From: an uncultured Lacinutrix sp.
Lineage (GTDB): Bacteria > Bacteroidota > Bacteroidia > Flavobacteriales > Flavobacteriaceae
Reading direction: 5' to 3'
Length of the DNA: 64,000 nt
Assembly: GCF_947500325.1 (NCBI RefSeq)
Contig: NZ_CANMRQ010000001.1
Location: 1 to 64,000, forward strand
The position numbers and the translations under genes are program-made. The number at the start of each line of letters is the position of its first letter. The stretch's first letter is position 1. Below the pieces are notes generated by a model, which saw only the letters and a program-made list of their open reading frames with translations, was not told where the DNA came from and did not search any database. Of this stretch, positions 29,842 through 40,810 are shown piece after piece.

Positions 29842-30537
29842 TTACAAAAAAGGTTCTAAAAAACCTATTAGCGATTTATCGTATTTGGACCATCGTATAC
29901 CATGGCCACTTTTTATTCTTATTTCAAAAACAATTTCATGTTTGTAATGATAAAACGTATTCCACCATGTATGATTATCTATTATATTATTTATAATGCC
30001 TTTTACTTTATCTAATTTTTGTTGTGGAGAACCTTTAATTTCTCCCCAAAAGGAATCTTCTGTTCTATCAATATGTTTTTCCCAAGCACGAACACCAACA
30101 CTAATTTGCTTATTATAATGACTCAAGCTATTGTCTAGCATCTCTTTTTTGGTCATTGGCAAACCTTCTACAGTTTTTATTGTTGCGGGCGTTTGTCGTT
30201 GCCCCATTAATAAAAGAACATGCTCAAAAGACACGCTTTGTATTGTACTGCAAATTATGTTTTTATTTATTACGTCGGAGACAAAATCTCGTTTATTAAT
30301 TTCTGAAATTGCATGTTTAAAAAATGAAAAAGAACCTTCTAAATTAGGAGCTATTTCTTCTGAAAAATAAGGGAATTGTACATTTTTTGACACACCATAT
30401 TTATGAAAATTAATACAGTTCTTTGAAAAAACACGTAGATAGTCTTCATGAAAAAACATAGAATTAACTGTTAACCAATCTTTTGAAAAAAGATCTTTTG
30501 AATCTAATAGTAGTTGTGTTAATAGAGTTGCTTTCAC
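29842..30537 (-). CDS. hypothetical protein
   Basis: 231 aa, no motif recognised. Confidence 0.4.
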   Translation of the reverse strand: MKATLLTQLLLDSKDLFSKDWLTVNSMFFHEDYLRVFSKNCINFHKYGVSKNVQFPYFSEEIAPNLEGSFSFFKHAISEINKRDFVSDVINKNIICSTIQSVSFEHVLLLMGQRQTPATIKTVEGLPMTKKEMLDNSLSHYNKQISVGVRAWEKHIDRTEDSFWGEIKGSPQQKLDKVKGIINNIIDNHTWWNTFYHYKHEIVFEIRIKSGHGIRWSKYDKSLIGFLEPFL

Positions 30538-31592
30538 TTTTTTATATTATAAAAGTTATTTCTCATTTCATAAACGAGTTTATTTACTAAATCTAAATCA
30601 GGTCTATCTATTAATTGAGAATTATCATAAATAGCATCAAGTTCTTCTTTCATAGTTTCTGCGCGAGACACTAAATCGTCGTATTCAAATTCAGCATTTT
30701 TTATTGATAACAAAAAGTCTCTATCTGTTCTTCGAACATTAATTTCATTATGTAATCCTATTTCTTTAGCCATATGTAATAACCTAAACGTATGCATCAT
30801 GTTTTTTGCATCATAGTTTTTACTGTGAGAAATATTACTTTTATAACGTTCTTCATTTCTTTTTGCTACCCAATCCCAATATTCTTTATATTTTTTGCAA
30901 TAGGTTGAATACCCATCTACATTAAAATATAAAACGGCAATAGGTTTTTCAGATTTTGGTACAGAACTTAAACACACTTCATTTCCGTTTTCTCTAACTA
31001 TACCATTATAATTTAATTCTTCATTATAAAATAGATTATAACAATCTTTCATATGAGCTAGATTTACTAATCCACAATGTTTTGGATCTAAATTCTTTTT
31101 CTTTACAAAATCTTTAAACACTATAGATTCCTTTTCTTCTCTTACATAACAAAAATCTTCCACAGACTTTCTTTCTTTTTCAACAGGGTTTACAATTTTC
31201 TTGTTTAATCCTCTTGCTTTTTTTATTTGAGTAAATGCATAATTAGCAAAGGTGTTCTTACAAAGTTTAGATACAAAATCTTTCTTTTTAATAGTATCAA
31301 ATATTGGATCCTTATAAAGTATGCACTCCTTAGGAACATTTAATAGTTCCATAATATTTGGATTATTTTTAGAGAGTAATTCAATAAACTTTCCTAATTC
31401 ATAATAAGCGATATCGTTCGTTTCATTATTAATTTGACCTATATAATTAAGCGAGTAAAATTGTGCTTTTGGTAAAATAAAAACACCTCTTATATCAGTA
31501 TCAGAAGTGGCAGTATCTAAGCCATAAGCTCTACTGCCACTAATACTTTCTAATATTATCGATCCTGATTTTTTTAATTCTTCTATTGTCAT
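30534..31592 (-). CDS. Pol-beta-superfamily minimal nucleotidyltransferase (RNA-repair-associated type, tentative RlaP-like)
   Basis: GSRAYGLDTATSDTDIRGV (GS...DxD NTase motif); 352 aa; overlaps neighbours by 4 nt. Confidence 0.55.
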   Translation of the reverse strand: MTIEELKKSGSIILESISGSRAYGLDTATSDTDIRGVFILPKAQFYSLNYIGQINNETNDIAYYELGKFIELLSKNNPNIMELLNVPKECILYKDPIFDTIKKKDFVSKLCKNTFANYAFTQIKKARGLNKKIVNPVEKERKSVEDFCYVREEKESIVFKDFVKKKNLDPKHCGLVNLAHMKDCYNLFYNEELNYNGIVRENGNEVCLSSVPKSEKPIAVLYFNVDGYSTYCKKYKEYWDWVAKRNEERYKSNISHSKNYDAKNMMHTFRLLHMAKEIGLHNEINVRRTDRDFLLSIKNAEFEYDDLVSRAETMKEELDAIYDNSQLIDRPDLDLVNKLVYEMRNNFYNIKK

Positions 31593-32335
31593 TGTATTTC
31601 TTTTAAGAAGAATGCATTAAATTCTTCAGGATTCGGCTTTTTATTAATTAAGTCGTTTTTAATACTATTATTTTCTGTAACAATATCTCTAACTAATGTA
31701 ATTAAAGTGTTGCTAACAGGTTCTGTACTTTTTTCAATATGTTTACTTTTTAAATGAATTAAATCATTTAATATAGTATGGTATTTCTCATCAATTATTG
31801 GGTACAATTCCGTGAACAAAACTGGCGGAATAGTTTCGTTTTTATAAACCCAATTAGCACACAAAGCAGTTCTTATGGCGTAGAAAAAACTTTTTAGCGT
31901 CATTTTATCTGTATCTAGTGTTTCTTCAAAACGGTAGCTCATACTATGGTAATGATAAAAACCAGATACAGGATTAAAGTTGTTTTCTGCCAAAGTTCTA
32001 ATTTCTTTTAAAAAATCGCCATTCGCTCTATACACAATAGGAGAAAATAACCAGCCTAAAAAAGACGCATTAGATTTTGCTAATAATTTTAAAGCTTTGC
32101 GAAATTCCCAACCAGAGCCATCAAGATCGTCTTCTGTCATGAACTCAATAGTATCTTTTTGTTCCCAAAGGTTTAAATACCACTCTTTTTTATGTTTATA
32201 TACAAAACGGATATCGTAATCTGAATCTGGTGACTCAAATCCCCAAGCTCTACTTCCAGATTCTACCGCAAATAGTATGTCTATATTTTTGTCTTTCTCT
32301 ATTTCAGAAAGTTTTTCTAGTATTTTAGTTTTCAT
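31589..32335 (-). CDS. Pol-beta-superfamily minimal nucleotidyltransferase (paralog of 30534-31592)
   Basis: ESGSRAWGFESPDSDYDIRFV motif; 248 aa. Confidence 0.55.
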   Translation of the reverse strand: MKTKILEKLSEIEKDKNIDILFAVESGSRAWGFESPDSDYDIRFVYKHKKEWYLNLWEQKDTIEFMTEDDLDGSGWEFRKALKLLAKSNASFLGWLFSPIVYRANGDFLKEIRTLAENNFNPVSGFYHYHSMSYRFEETLDTDKMTLKSFFYAIRTALCANWVYKNETIPPVLFTELYPIIDEKYHTILNDLIHLKSKHIEKSTEPVSNTLITLVRDIVTENNSIKNDLINKKPNPEEFNAFFLKEIQ

Positions 32336-33779
32336 TTTTCTTTAAATTTTTAAGATCTAGCATAATAGCTTCTCTATTAAATCCATCCAACTGTTTTTCG
32401 TAACATTTATCTAAGATATTTTTAAATTTTTTAGATGGCTTTAATCCTAAATCGATTAAATCTCTACCTAAAACTACAGGTTCAATTTTTCTTTCTCCAA
32501 ACTTTTTAAATAGCTCAAAGCATTTTTCGGAAGTTTCATGTCTATCTAAAATAACATTCCTTCCTGTTCTACCTGCAGAATCTGCTTTACTTTGCCAGCC
32601 TAAGATATCCAGTCTACACTTATTATGTAATCGTTTCCATGCAGCATCTTTTGCTTGAGAACGAAATAACTGACCAGGCATCATATGTAAACCTACAATT
32701 GTTTTTACTTTATTAATTAAATCTTTATCATTAGTTAAACGCATTAAAAAAGCTTCAGCTATTTTAATACCCGCAACGTCATGTCCATGAGCTTTTAAAT
32801 CTGGAGTTGTTGTAGAAGGTTTTCCAACATCATGTAATAATGCTCCAAACATATAAGCAAGCTTCCATTTTTCAGGAATTAAATGTCTTAATTTAGCAGC
32901 ATTGTCCAGAACCATTTTTGTATGAATCCATACATCGCCTTCAGGGTGCCATACTGGGTTCTGAGGACAACCGATTAAATCCTTTAATTCAGGAAAGTGT
33001 ATTAACCATCTTGAATCTTTTAAAAAATCTAGACCTATTGATGGTTTATCTGCTTTTAATAATAATTTTTCCCACTCAACAAAAACACGTTCTCTAGGCA
33101 ATTCAGAAAATGTATTTACCATTGATTGACATAAAGTCATTGTTCTTTTTTCTACTTCTCTTCCCTTTCTTGGCAATAATTGCATAATACGCAAGACTCT
33201 TAATGGGTCTTCAATAAAAGTATTTTTATCTGTTGCTTTTATTATTCCTTTTTTTAAATCCTCTATACCATTAAAAGGATCAACAATTCTGCCATTATGT
33301 AAATTTAAATACATACTGTTAATTGTTAAATCTCTTCTTTTTCCGGCTTCTTTAGGTGTCATTTCTTGATCTAATTCAATTTCAAATCCTTTATGTCCAA
33401 TTCCAATTTTATTTTCTCGTCTTGGAATAGAAATATCTATTTCTATATTATCTATTGTTGTTTTAATGACACCAAATGATTTCCCTACTAAATTACATGG
33501 TATATTTAATTCTTCAATTAAAACAACTAATTGAGGATAAGACAAACCGTAAACTTCAATGTCGATATCTTTTAGAGGTAATTTTTTTATACTATCTATA
33601 ACTGCTCCTCCAATTAACATTGCAATTCCGCCTTGTTCTTCTATTTCTTTTAATAAGTTTTTAAAGTTTTCTTCTTTAAAGACTTTATTTCTAAGGCTTT
33701 CAATATTCTTCATAATTTTTTCGCTGTTAAATAATCTAAGATTTCTATATATACTTATTTTCAATAATAGAGTGAGCAA
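32325..33779 (-). CDS. CCA-adding tRNA nucleotidyltransferase-like protein with C-terminal HD phosphohydrolase domain
   Basis: head motif GGAVID...DIDIEV, HD motif LLHDVGKP; 484 aa. Confidence 0.7.
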   Translation of the reverse strand: MLTLLLKISIYRNLRLFNSEKIMKNIESLRNKVFKEENFKNLLKEIEEQGGIAMLIGGAVIDSIKKLPLKDIDIEVYGLSYPQLVVLIEELNIPCNLVGKSFGVIKTTIDNIEIDISIPRRENKIGIGHKGFEIELDQEMTPKEAGKRRDLTINSMYLNLHNGRIVDPFNGIEDLKKGIIKATDKNTFIEDPLRVLRIMQLLPRKGREVEKRTMTLCQSMVNTFSELPRERVFVEWEKLLLKADKPSIGLDFLKDSRWLIHFPELKDLIGCPQNPVWHPEGDVWIHTKMVLDNAAKLRHLIPEKWKLAYMFGALLHDVGKPSTTTPDLKAHGHDVAGIKIAEAFLMRLTNDKDLINKVKTIVGLHMMPGQLFRSQAKDAAWKRLHNKCRLDILGWQSKADSAGRTGRNVILDRHETSEKCFELFKKFGERKIEPVVLGRDLIDLGLKPSKKFKNILDKCYEKQLDGFNREAIMLDLKNLKKNEN

Positions 33780-34440
33780 TAGATAATGTACTCGCTAAAT
33801 CTTCATCTTTTGTATTAAAGAATTCTTTTTCAATTCTAAATAGTATAATGTCTTTATAAAACCAATATGTTAAATCACTAATAATTTCTTTGCTTATATA
33901 GTATTGCAAACCATTAACTATAGATTCTGCTATAAATAGAGTACTATTAGAAGACTCCTTATTTTTCCATATGCTTAAAGCTTTATTTAACCCTGTATAT
34001 TTAGAAACAATATTTAATACACAACCTATTTGATGAAAAGTTGCATTTTCATTTGTAATTACATCTTCCCAAAGTTTAAGCAAGTAGTTATCAATAGTAA
34101 TAATTTCATTTCTATCCCAAGTCTCCCATTCGCTATAATTCAACTTTTCAAATGTTGTGAAATCATCTAATGTATCACTATTTGGGTCTTGCATTAACTC
34201 TAATATTCTAGGCAAAAAATGCTTGAAATCTTCTACATGTCCAAAAGTTGATATTGCAGAACGAGAGAAATGTCCAATATCATCATCATTTAAATCTTTT
34301 AAAGGTTTAGATAACAACACCCTTATTTCTTCATCTGTAACACAACAGTCACAACTTCTATCTCTTAAATCTCCCTTAATTGAGTATTTACTAAAAGTAT
34401 TATAAAGTTGATTTGTTAATTTTTCAAGTTGCGGTTTCAT
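33745..34440 (-). CDS. hypothetical protein
   Basis: 231 aa. Confidence 0.4.
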   Translation of the reverse strand: MKPQLEKLTNQLYNTFSKYSIKGDLRDRSCDCCVTDEEIRVLLSKPLKDLNDDDIGHFSRSAISTFGHVEDFKHFLPRILELMQDPNSDTLDDFTTFEKLNYSEWETWDRNEIITIDNYLLKLWEDVITNENATFHQIGCVLNIVSKYTGLNKALSIWKNKESSNSTLFIAESIVNGLQYYISKEIISDLTYWFYKDIILFRIEKEFFNTKDEDLASTLSIAHSIIENKYI

Positions 34441-34558
34441 TTAATCTATGGTTTATTTCAATCCTTATTTTCGGATTAAAAATATTTGCATTACAAATGT
34501 CGAAACCTAATACGCGGTCTTTTTGCGTAGTTTATTTTTTAAGTAGGCCAACTTTAAG

Positions 34559-35053
34559 TTATTCTATTTCATTTTTTAAATTATTAATAGACCTTCTTAA
34601 CAATGAAAAAAAACTTTCAAGATCTTTATTCCTCTTCACATAATATTTAAAAGAATTGTAATGTTGTTTTGTAATTATATCTCCATCAATAATTTTCACT
34701 AAACATGGAAACCCTTTGGTTTGAGTATCTTTAGCCAAGTATTCTAATAAAGGATCGTTGAAAGTATATGTTTCAATCTTTAGGCAGTCAATTTTGAAAT
34801 TATTTTCCTTAAAATAATTATTGAAGTTAAATTGATTGTATTCTTTATATAAAAGGAATATTTCACCATTTTTTTTACCTAATATATTTTTTAACTTTTC
34901 TTTTCTTTTTTTCCTATCTATAGAACTTGTTACTATTAAATAGGGGATAAAAATTAATGCTAAAACAGTGAGTATAGGGATAAAAATAGCAAAAACTAAA
35001 ATGATTAGAATTGATAGGAAAAAGCCTGCTGGTTGATATTCTCTAGGGTGCAT
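34559..35053 (-). CDS. small membrane protein (start moved to the internal Met that avoids an 89-nt overlap with rtcB)
   Basis: TM segment FFLSILIILVFAIFIPILTVLALIFIPYLIV; ORF track gives 34559-35194. Confidence 0.4.
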   Translation of the reverse strand: MHPREYQPAGFFLSILIILVFAIFIPILTVLALIFIPYLIVTSSIDRKKRKEKLKNILGKKNGEIFLLYKEYNQFNFNNYFKENNFKIDCLKIETYTFNDPLLEYLAKDTQTKGFPCLVKIIDGDIITKQHYNSFKYYVKRNKDLESFFSLLRRSINNLKNEIE

Positions 35054-35105
35054 TTTTTTAGGTTTTGTAAAAACAGACCAACCTAAGTTAGCCTGTTTTC
35101 TATTT

Positions 35106-36568
<1,463 letters not shown>

Positions 36569-36573
36569 TTTTT

Positions 36574-37038
36574 TTATTTCAAAAGATTATACTCATTAGT
36601 TGGGAATTCATGTAAAACCCATTTTTCCTTATAAGCTTCTGGGTTCATTTTATTTAAAATTTTAATCAAAACTTCACGTACCTGATTAATATATTTAGCT
36701 ACGGTAGTTTTTCCTTCTAATTGTATTTGGTAATTATCAGTATTAATCATATTCCAACTATACCAATCTGGATACCATTTTAACTGATATATAATTAAAT
36801 TATCTTTTCGTGTTAATTCTAATATAAATTCCCCTGGCTCATCCATAAAGACAACCTTTGCATAATCCTTTGTTTGTATATTAATTGCTGATTCCGCTAG
36901 TTCTTTTAATGAATCATGTAAATAAGAAACCACAAAATCAATAGATTTTTCTAAATCACCAATTCTTCCTTTAGCCCAACCAGCATCTAATACATCGTAT
37001 TCAATAAAAAACATCTCTTTTATTTTTATAAAACCCAA
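36574..37038 (-). CDS. hypothetical protein
   Basis: 154 aa. Confidence 0.4.
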   Translation of the reverse strand: MGFIKIKEMFFIEYDVLDAGWAKGRIGDLEKSIDFVVSYLHDSLKELAESAINIQTKDYAKVVFMDEPGEFILELTRKDNLIIYQLKWYPDWYSWNMINTDNYQIQLEGKTTVAKYINQVREVLIKILNKMNPEAYKEKWVLHEFPTNEYNLLK

Positions 37039-37060
37039 AAGTTCTTTACTTGACTTGCAG

Positions 37061-37150
37061 GTTTTTCATTAATATACATCATAGCATCTTTCATCCATTT
37101 TCCTAGTCTATACTAGGGAGATTAAATCGTGTCCTGTTACTTTTGTTTTC
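37061..37150 (-). pseudogene. duplicated 5' fragment of rtcB ([14 protein letters not shown]-stop), about 85% identical to 36411-36510
   Basis: direct nucleotide comparison of the two segments; the copy carries an in-frame TAG. Confidence 0.6.
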
Positions 37151-37154
37151 ATTG

Positions 37155-37517
37155 TTATTTTACTTTAACATTTTCAACCTTAATTGCTACATAATCATAA
37201 GTATAGCATTCGTTTACTATAGTTGCTATCCCAATTTTGCAATTAGGACAAATTTGGTTTAAAAAATCAACTGGCTCATATCCACAACAACCAAAATAGT
37301 TTTTTATTAATTTGTGGTTTATTAGTTTCGAATCTCGCCAGTTTATTAATATTCTATCGTTATGAGAGATTGATACATCTTCATGTCCTTCACTCCAAAA
37401 TCCTCTTTCTATAATTTCTTCATCTTCTTCAAAAAGAGATAAGTCTAGTTTAATTTTCTTTAATTGATTTGTAAGAGATGCATCACAATTTTTACATGTT
37501 ATAATAATTTTTTCCAT
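37155..37517 (-). CDS. small Cys-rich hypothetical protein
   Basis: CKNC...CPNC pairs; 120 aa. Confidence 0.4.
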   Translation of the reverse strand: MEKIIITCKNCDASLTNQLKKIKLDLSLFEEDEEIIERGFWSEGHEDVSISHNDRILINWRDSKLINHKLIKNYFGCCGYEPVDFLNQICPNCKIGIATIVNECYTYDYVAIKVENVKVK

Positions 37518-37527
37518 TATTTCTTAA

Positions 37528-37572
37528 TTACACTACAAATATTATAGTGTATTGCGTAATCATTTTGCGTAG
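37528..37572 (-). promoter_or_regulatory. shared operator/promoter module (second copy)
   Basis: CTACGCAAAATGATTACGCAATACACTATAATATTTGTAGTGTAA on the minus strand. Confidence 0.55.
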
Positions 37573-37577
37573 ATAAT

Positions 37578-38360
37578 TTATTTTAAAGAAAAATAATTAT
37601 GTAAAGCTTTAAAAATGGATTTTACATTGGTATTTGGGTAGAACCCAGAACTGTTTATGCAATTAACTTCAACTATTTTCCATCCATTATTGGTTAAGCC
37701 TATATCCATAACAAAAGCATCAGCGATATTAAAAACAGCTATCATTTCTTTTGCAAAGGCAATGCCTTCAGGCGCTACATTTAATTCAAATAATACGTTT
37801 TCATTAAACTTATAATAACCAGCATCTACTATTTGTTTACCAACAATCCAAAGTCTAGCTTCCTTTAAAATTTCTTGTGGCTTTGAAATTTGGATAAGTG
37901 TATTTTTATTCAAATTTTCTGAAGCTTGACTTTCCAAAGCTTCGTATACATAATCAGACCAAGATGATTGATTAAAAACTTTACCCGTAAAAACCTTTGC
38001 ATCTCTATAAGGCTTAATAAATAGCTTAGAATTAGCTTTCCAATTAATCTTATCGGTCAATTTTAGAACTTGAAAATTATAATTAAGTGTATTACTCTTA
38101 TAGTGTTTAGAGTAAATTTCAAATAAGTGATTATTGCCATAAAATGAATTGGGCGACCAATCTTTATATTGTAGCGCCAAACGTGCTAATCGTACTGAAC
38201 CATAAACGAATATATCCTTACGGTTTGTTTTTAGTTCTAAATGTTTAGTTTCTTTTAGAACCTCAATAGTTTCATAAGGATAGTTTAACGTATCTAATGC
38301 TTCATATACTCTATCATGATCTGGATCTGAGTATATATTTGATTGAATTAAAAAATACAT
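37578..38360 (-). CDS. hypothetical protein, possible ATP-grasp-like C-terminal fold
   Basis: 260 aa; weak ATP-grasp-like C-terminal pattern (DIGLTNNGWKIVEVN). Confidence 0.35.
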   Translation of the reverse strand: MYFLIQSNIYSDPDHDRVYEALDTLNYPYETIEVLKETKHLELKTNRKDIFVYGSVRLARLALQYKDWSPNSFYGNNHLFEIYSKHYKSNTLNYNFQVLKLTDKINWKANSKLFIKPYRDAKVFTGKVFNQSSWSDYVYEALESQASENLNKNTLIQISKPQEILKEARLWIVGKQIVDAGYYKFNENVLFELNVAPEGIAFAKEMIAVFNIADAFVMDIGLTNNGWKIVEVNCINSSGFYPNTNVKSIFKALHNYFSLK

Positions 38361-38432
38361 GTTTTAAATATTAATTATTTTTAAATTAAGCCTACAAAAC
38401 TAATTTTGTAGGCTATTTAAAGAGGCTTCATT

Positions 38433-40265
38433 CTAGCTAAAGAGCTTTAAGAAACTATCTTTTTCTAAATTCTCCAAAGAGAAATCAAAGTCTGCTTCAT
38501 CTTTATAATCTGTAATCTCTGCACCTAAAGTTCTAACCAAATTATCAAATGATAACGGTTCGTTCCATTGCTGGTACAAGGCTTTAGTTGCTAATTTTGA
38601 TACTTCAGAATTACCAGAAACTCTGGTGTGACCTGCACCAAAATTTAATAACACAAAGCATTGCTTATCTTTTTTTGGAAGTAACATTCCTAAAATGGTT
38701 TGCTTCTGTACAGATTCACATTTAACATCTGCAAACAAATTGTTTGGATTCATCATATAATCTTTAGAGATTTTATCACCTTTACCAATAACAATTTTGT
38801 AACCACAATCTGTAGTCCCTGAGAACACGTTGTTTTGAACCAAAGTTGGTACATTTAAACCTTTATTAGCATACAAATACTCTACAGCTCCATTTGGAGC
38901 AGACGTAATATCTCCTGAATACATTAGGTTACCCTGTTGTTGGTTATATGTAGCATTCCAACCAATTTTACCAGCAATATTTAAACCAGATAAATCTAAG
39001 TCTCGCGCTCCCCATGCATCTTCCCAATAAATACCTACTGCCAATTTTTTACCATAAAAACGTGTCCCAGTAGGAATATTTCCTACATACATTTTTTCTG
39101 ATGTTGGCAAAGCATAGGTAATGTCCTCAGGAAAAAATAAACGCTTACCAGATAAATTAAAACGTTGTTTTAAATAGTTAAGTAAGAACTCATAATTTTC
39201 CTTAAACACTGTGTTTTCTATAACTGTACCCTTGTATTTACTAGCCTTACTTTTCTTTAAAAGATTAGCAAGGATATTATTTCTACTTACAACAGAAGTA
39301 GTATCAGATTTCACAAATGATTTACCGTTTCTAATTCTGTATAAAAAGGCATCTTGCCCTTGTTTTCTTGAATAGCAAGCAGACAAAGCCTTAAATAATG
39401 CAAAAGGCGTTGCGTTATCTAACCAATGTACATCTTTATCAGTTATCAATGTATTTGTAACATCATTTAACGGATTAGATACTAAAGGTTTGTGATACGT
39501 TTTAGATAGCTTACTAATTTTATTAATCGTTTTTGGAGCTTTGTTTTTAAATGCCAAAAACAAAGGTTTAAATCGATTAAATATCTCAGCAAGTTTTTCT
39601 AATCCAAAACTGTTAAACGCTTGTGTTGGATTGTATGAACTGTTTTTTATCAATTCAATTAACTCATCATTTTTGATTAATAAAGTAGAATCTGTAGCTC
39701 TATAGATAATGTATCTAAAAAACTCAACAGGATGCTCTGGATAAATATTATAATACTCTGCCAATTTTACAATCGCCTCTTTATTTCTAATATTTTCTTT
39801 ACCAGTAAATGTGTAACCTAATTCATCTACCAATACAATGATTAATTCGTCTACAGTATCTTCTTTTAAAGCCATACCAGATTTTAATAAAGCTAAACAT
39901 TTTTGCTTCATTATATCTGCAGAATATGCATTTATAACTTTATAGTTGAGCTTTACATTTGGAATATTTAAAATTTCTTCTGGAATATAAATGTCATCAT
40001 TAAAGTCACTTCCATAGGTTGACATATAGTGTTCTATTTGTCCTGCACACAATTCATATCTAGAGCTATTTTTTATTTTACTCCATGATTTGTGAAACGT
40101 TTTATTTAGATCATTACCATTTAATTTTTCAGCTTTAAAAAAAGTAATGATTCTGTCTTTTGCCCAAAGTGCATTTGGAGCTATGATATAGCCTTCATCT
40201 GAGATGTATGGCTTTTCGTTTGATGTTTTCGCTACTACAGCGTTAAATAATTTTAATGTATTCAT
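38433..40265 (-). CDS. large hypothetical protein
   Basis: 610 aa, no motif recognised. Confidence 0.45.
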   Translation of the reverse strand: MNTLKLFNAVVAKTSNEKPYISDEGYIIAPNALWAKDRIITFFKAEKLNGNDLNKTFHKSWSKIKNSSRYELCAGQIEHYMSTYGSDFNDDIYIPEEILNIPNVKLNYKVINAYSADIMKQKCLALLKSGMALKEDTVDELIIVLVDELGYTFTGKENIRNKEAIVKLAEYYNIYPEHPVEFFRYIIYRATDSTLLIKNDELIELIKNSSYNPTQAFNSFGLEKLAEIFNRFKPLFLAFKNKAPKTINKISKLSKTYHKPLVSNPLNDVTNTLITDKDVHWLDNATPFALFKALSACYSRKQGQDAFLYRIRNGKSFVKSDTTSVVSRNNILANLLKKSKASKYKGTVIENTVFKENYEFLLNYLKQRFNLSGKRLFFPEDITYALPTSEKMYVGNIPTGTRFYGKKLAVGIYWEDAWGARDLDLSGLNIAGKIGWNATYNQQQGNLMYSGDITSAPNGAVEYLYANKGLNVPTLVQNNVFSGTTDCGYKIVIGKGDKISKDYMMNPNNLFADVKCESVQKQTILGMLLPKKDKQCFVLLNFGAGHTRVSGNSEVSKLATKALYQQWNEPLSFDNLVRTLGAEITDYKDEADFDFSLENLEKDSFLKLFS

Positions 40266-40316
40266 GTTATTAATATTTAAATAAGTGAGGTGTATGGTTT
40301 TGATTATCGGTCAATG

Positions 40317-40560
40317 AAATAGGAACACCTTTTACCTATTATTTTTTTAAAGACGAAGAGTAATTATCTTGTACCCTTTCGGGCAGCAAGTCGTAAATTT
40401 ATAGGAACTCTATATGTCTTTTATGACGAAGCGTAAATTAACCTCAAGCTCTTTCGAGCTCTGGAATCGAACCAGATTATAGGAACGCTTTGTGTCTTTT
40501 ACTAACGGAAAGTAATTTCTCCAATGAATGTTATAGGAACTTTCTGTGTCAGTAATTTAA
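40317..40560 (-). repeat. four degenerate tandem units beginning ATAGGAAC (minus strand GTTCCTAT), some carrying tRNA T-arm remnants
   Basis: units start near 40320, 40400, 40477, 40532; unit 2 contains CTGGTTCGATTCCAG on the minus strand. Confidence 0.5.
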
Positions 40561-40563
40561 TTG

Positions 40564-40676
40564 TAGTCCAGGTGGGACTCGAACCCACGACACACGGATT
40601 ATGAATCTATACAGGAACTTTTTTTTGCTGAAGGCGAAAAGTATTTTCGTTGCTCTACCTTCTGAGCTACTGGACT
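40564..40676 (-). tRNA. aberrant tRNA-like gene (113 nt) with perfect acceptor/D/T arms but a 46-nt insertion in the variable region and a non-canonical anticodon arm
   Basis: acceptor AGTCCAG/CTGGACT, D GCTC-AGAAGGTA-GAGC, T GTGGG-TTCGAGT-CCCAC; anticodon region ACGAAAATACTTTTCGC. Confidence 0.4.
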
Positions 40677-40810
40677 ATTTTTTTATTATGTTAAAGAACG
40701 TTGTACCTCTTACCAGATTCGAACTGGTACTTTCACATAACGTGAACAGATTGACTCTAAATGCGCTTCCCTACTATAATTTCGGTGCTTCTGCAAATTC
40801 TATTCGATAG

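Noticed and set aside
40317-40560. Possible CRISPR array (regularly spaced ATAGGAAC repeats)
   Set aside because: Units are 55-80 bp, degenerate, of variable length and carry tRNA T-arm remnants. There are no short identical repeats with unique spacers and no cas genes nearby.
40601-40810. ORF-track CDS 40601-40810 (+), 69 aa
   Set aside because: Lies antisense across tRNA-like sequences and the tRNA 3'-fragment region. Its composition is dictated by the RNA genes on the other strand.
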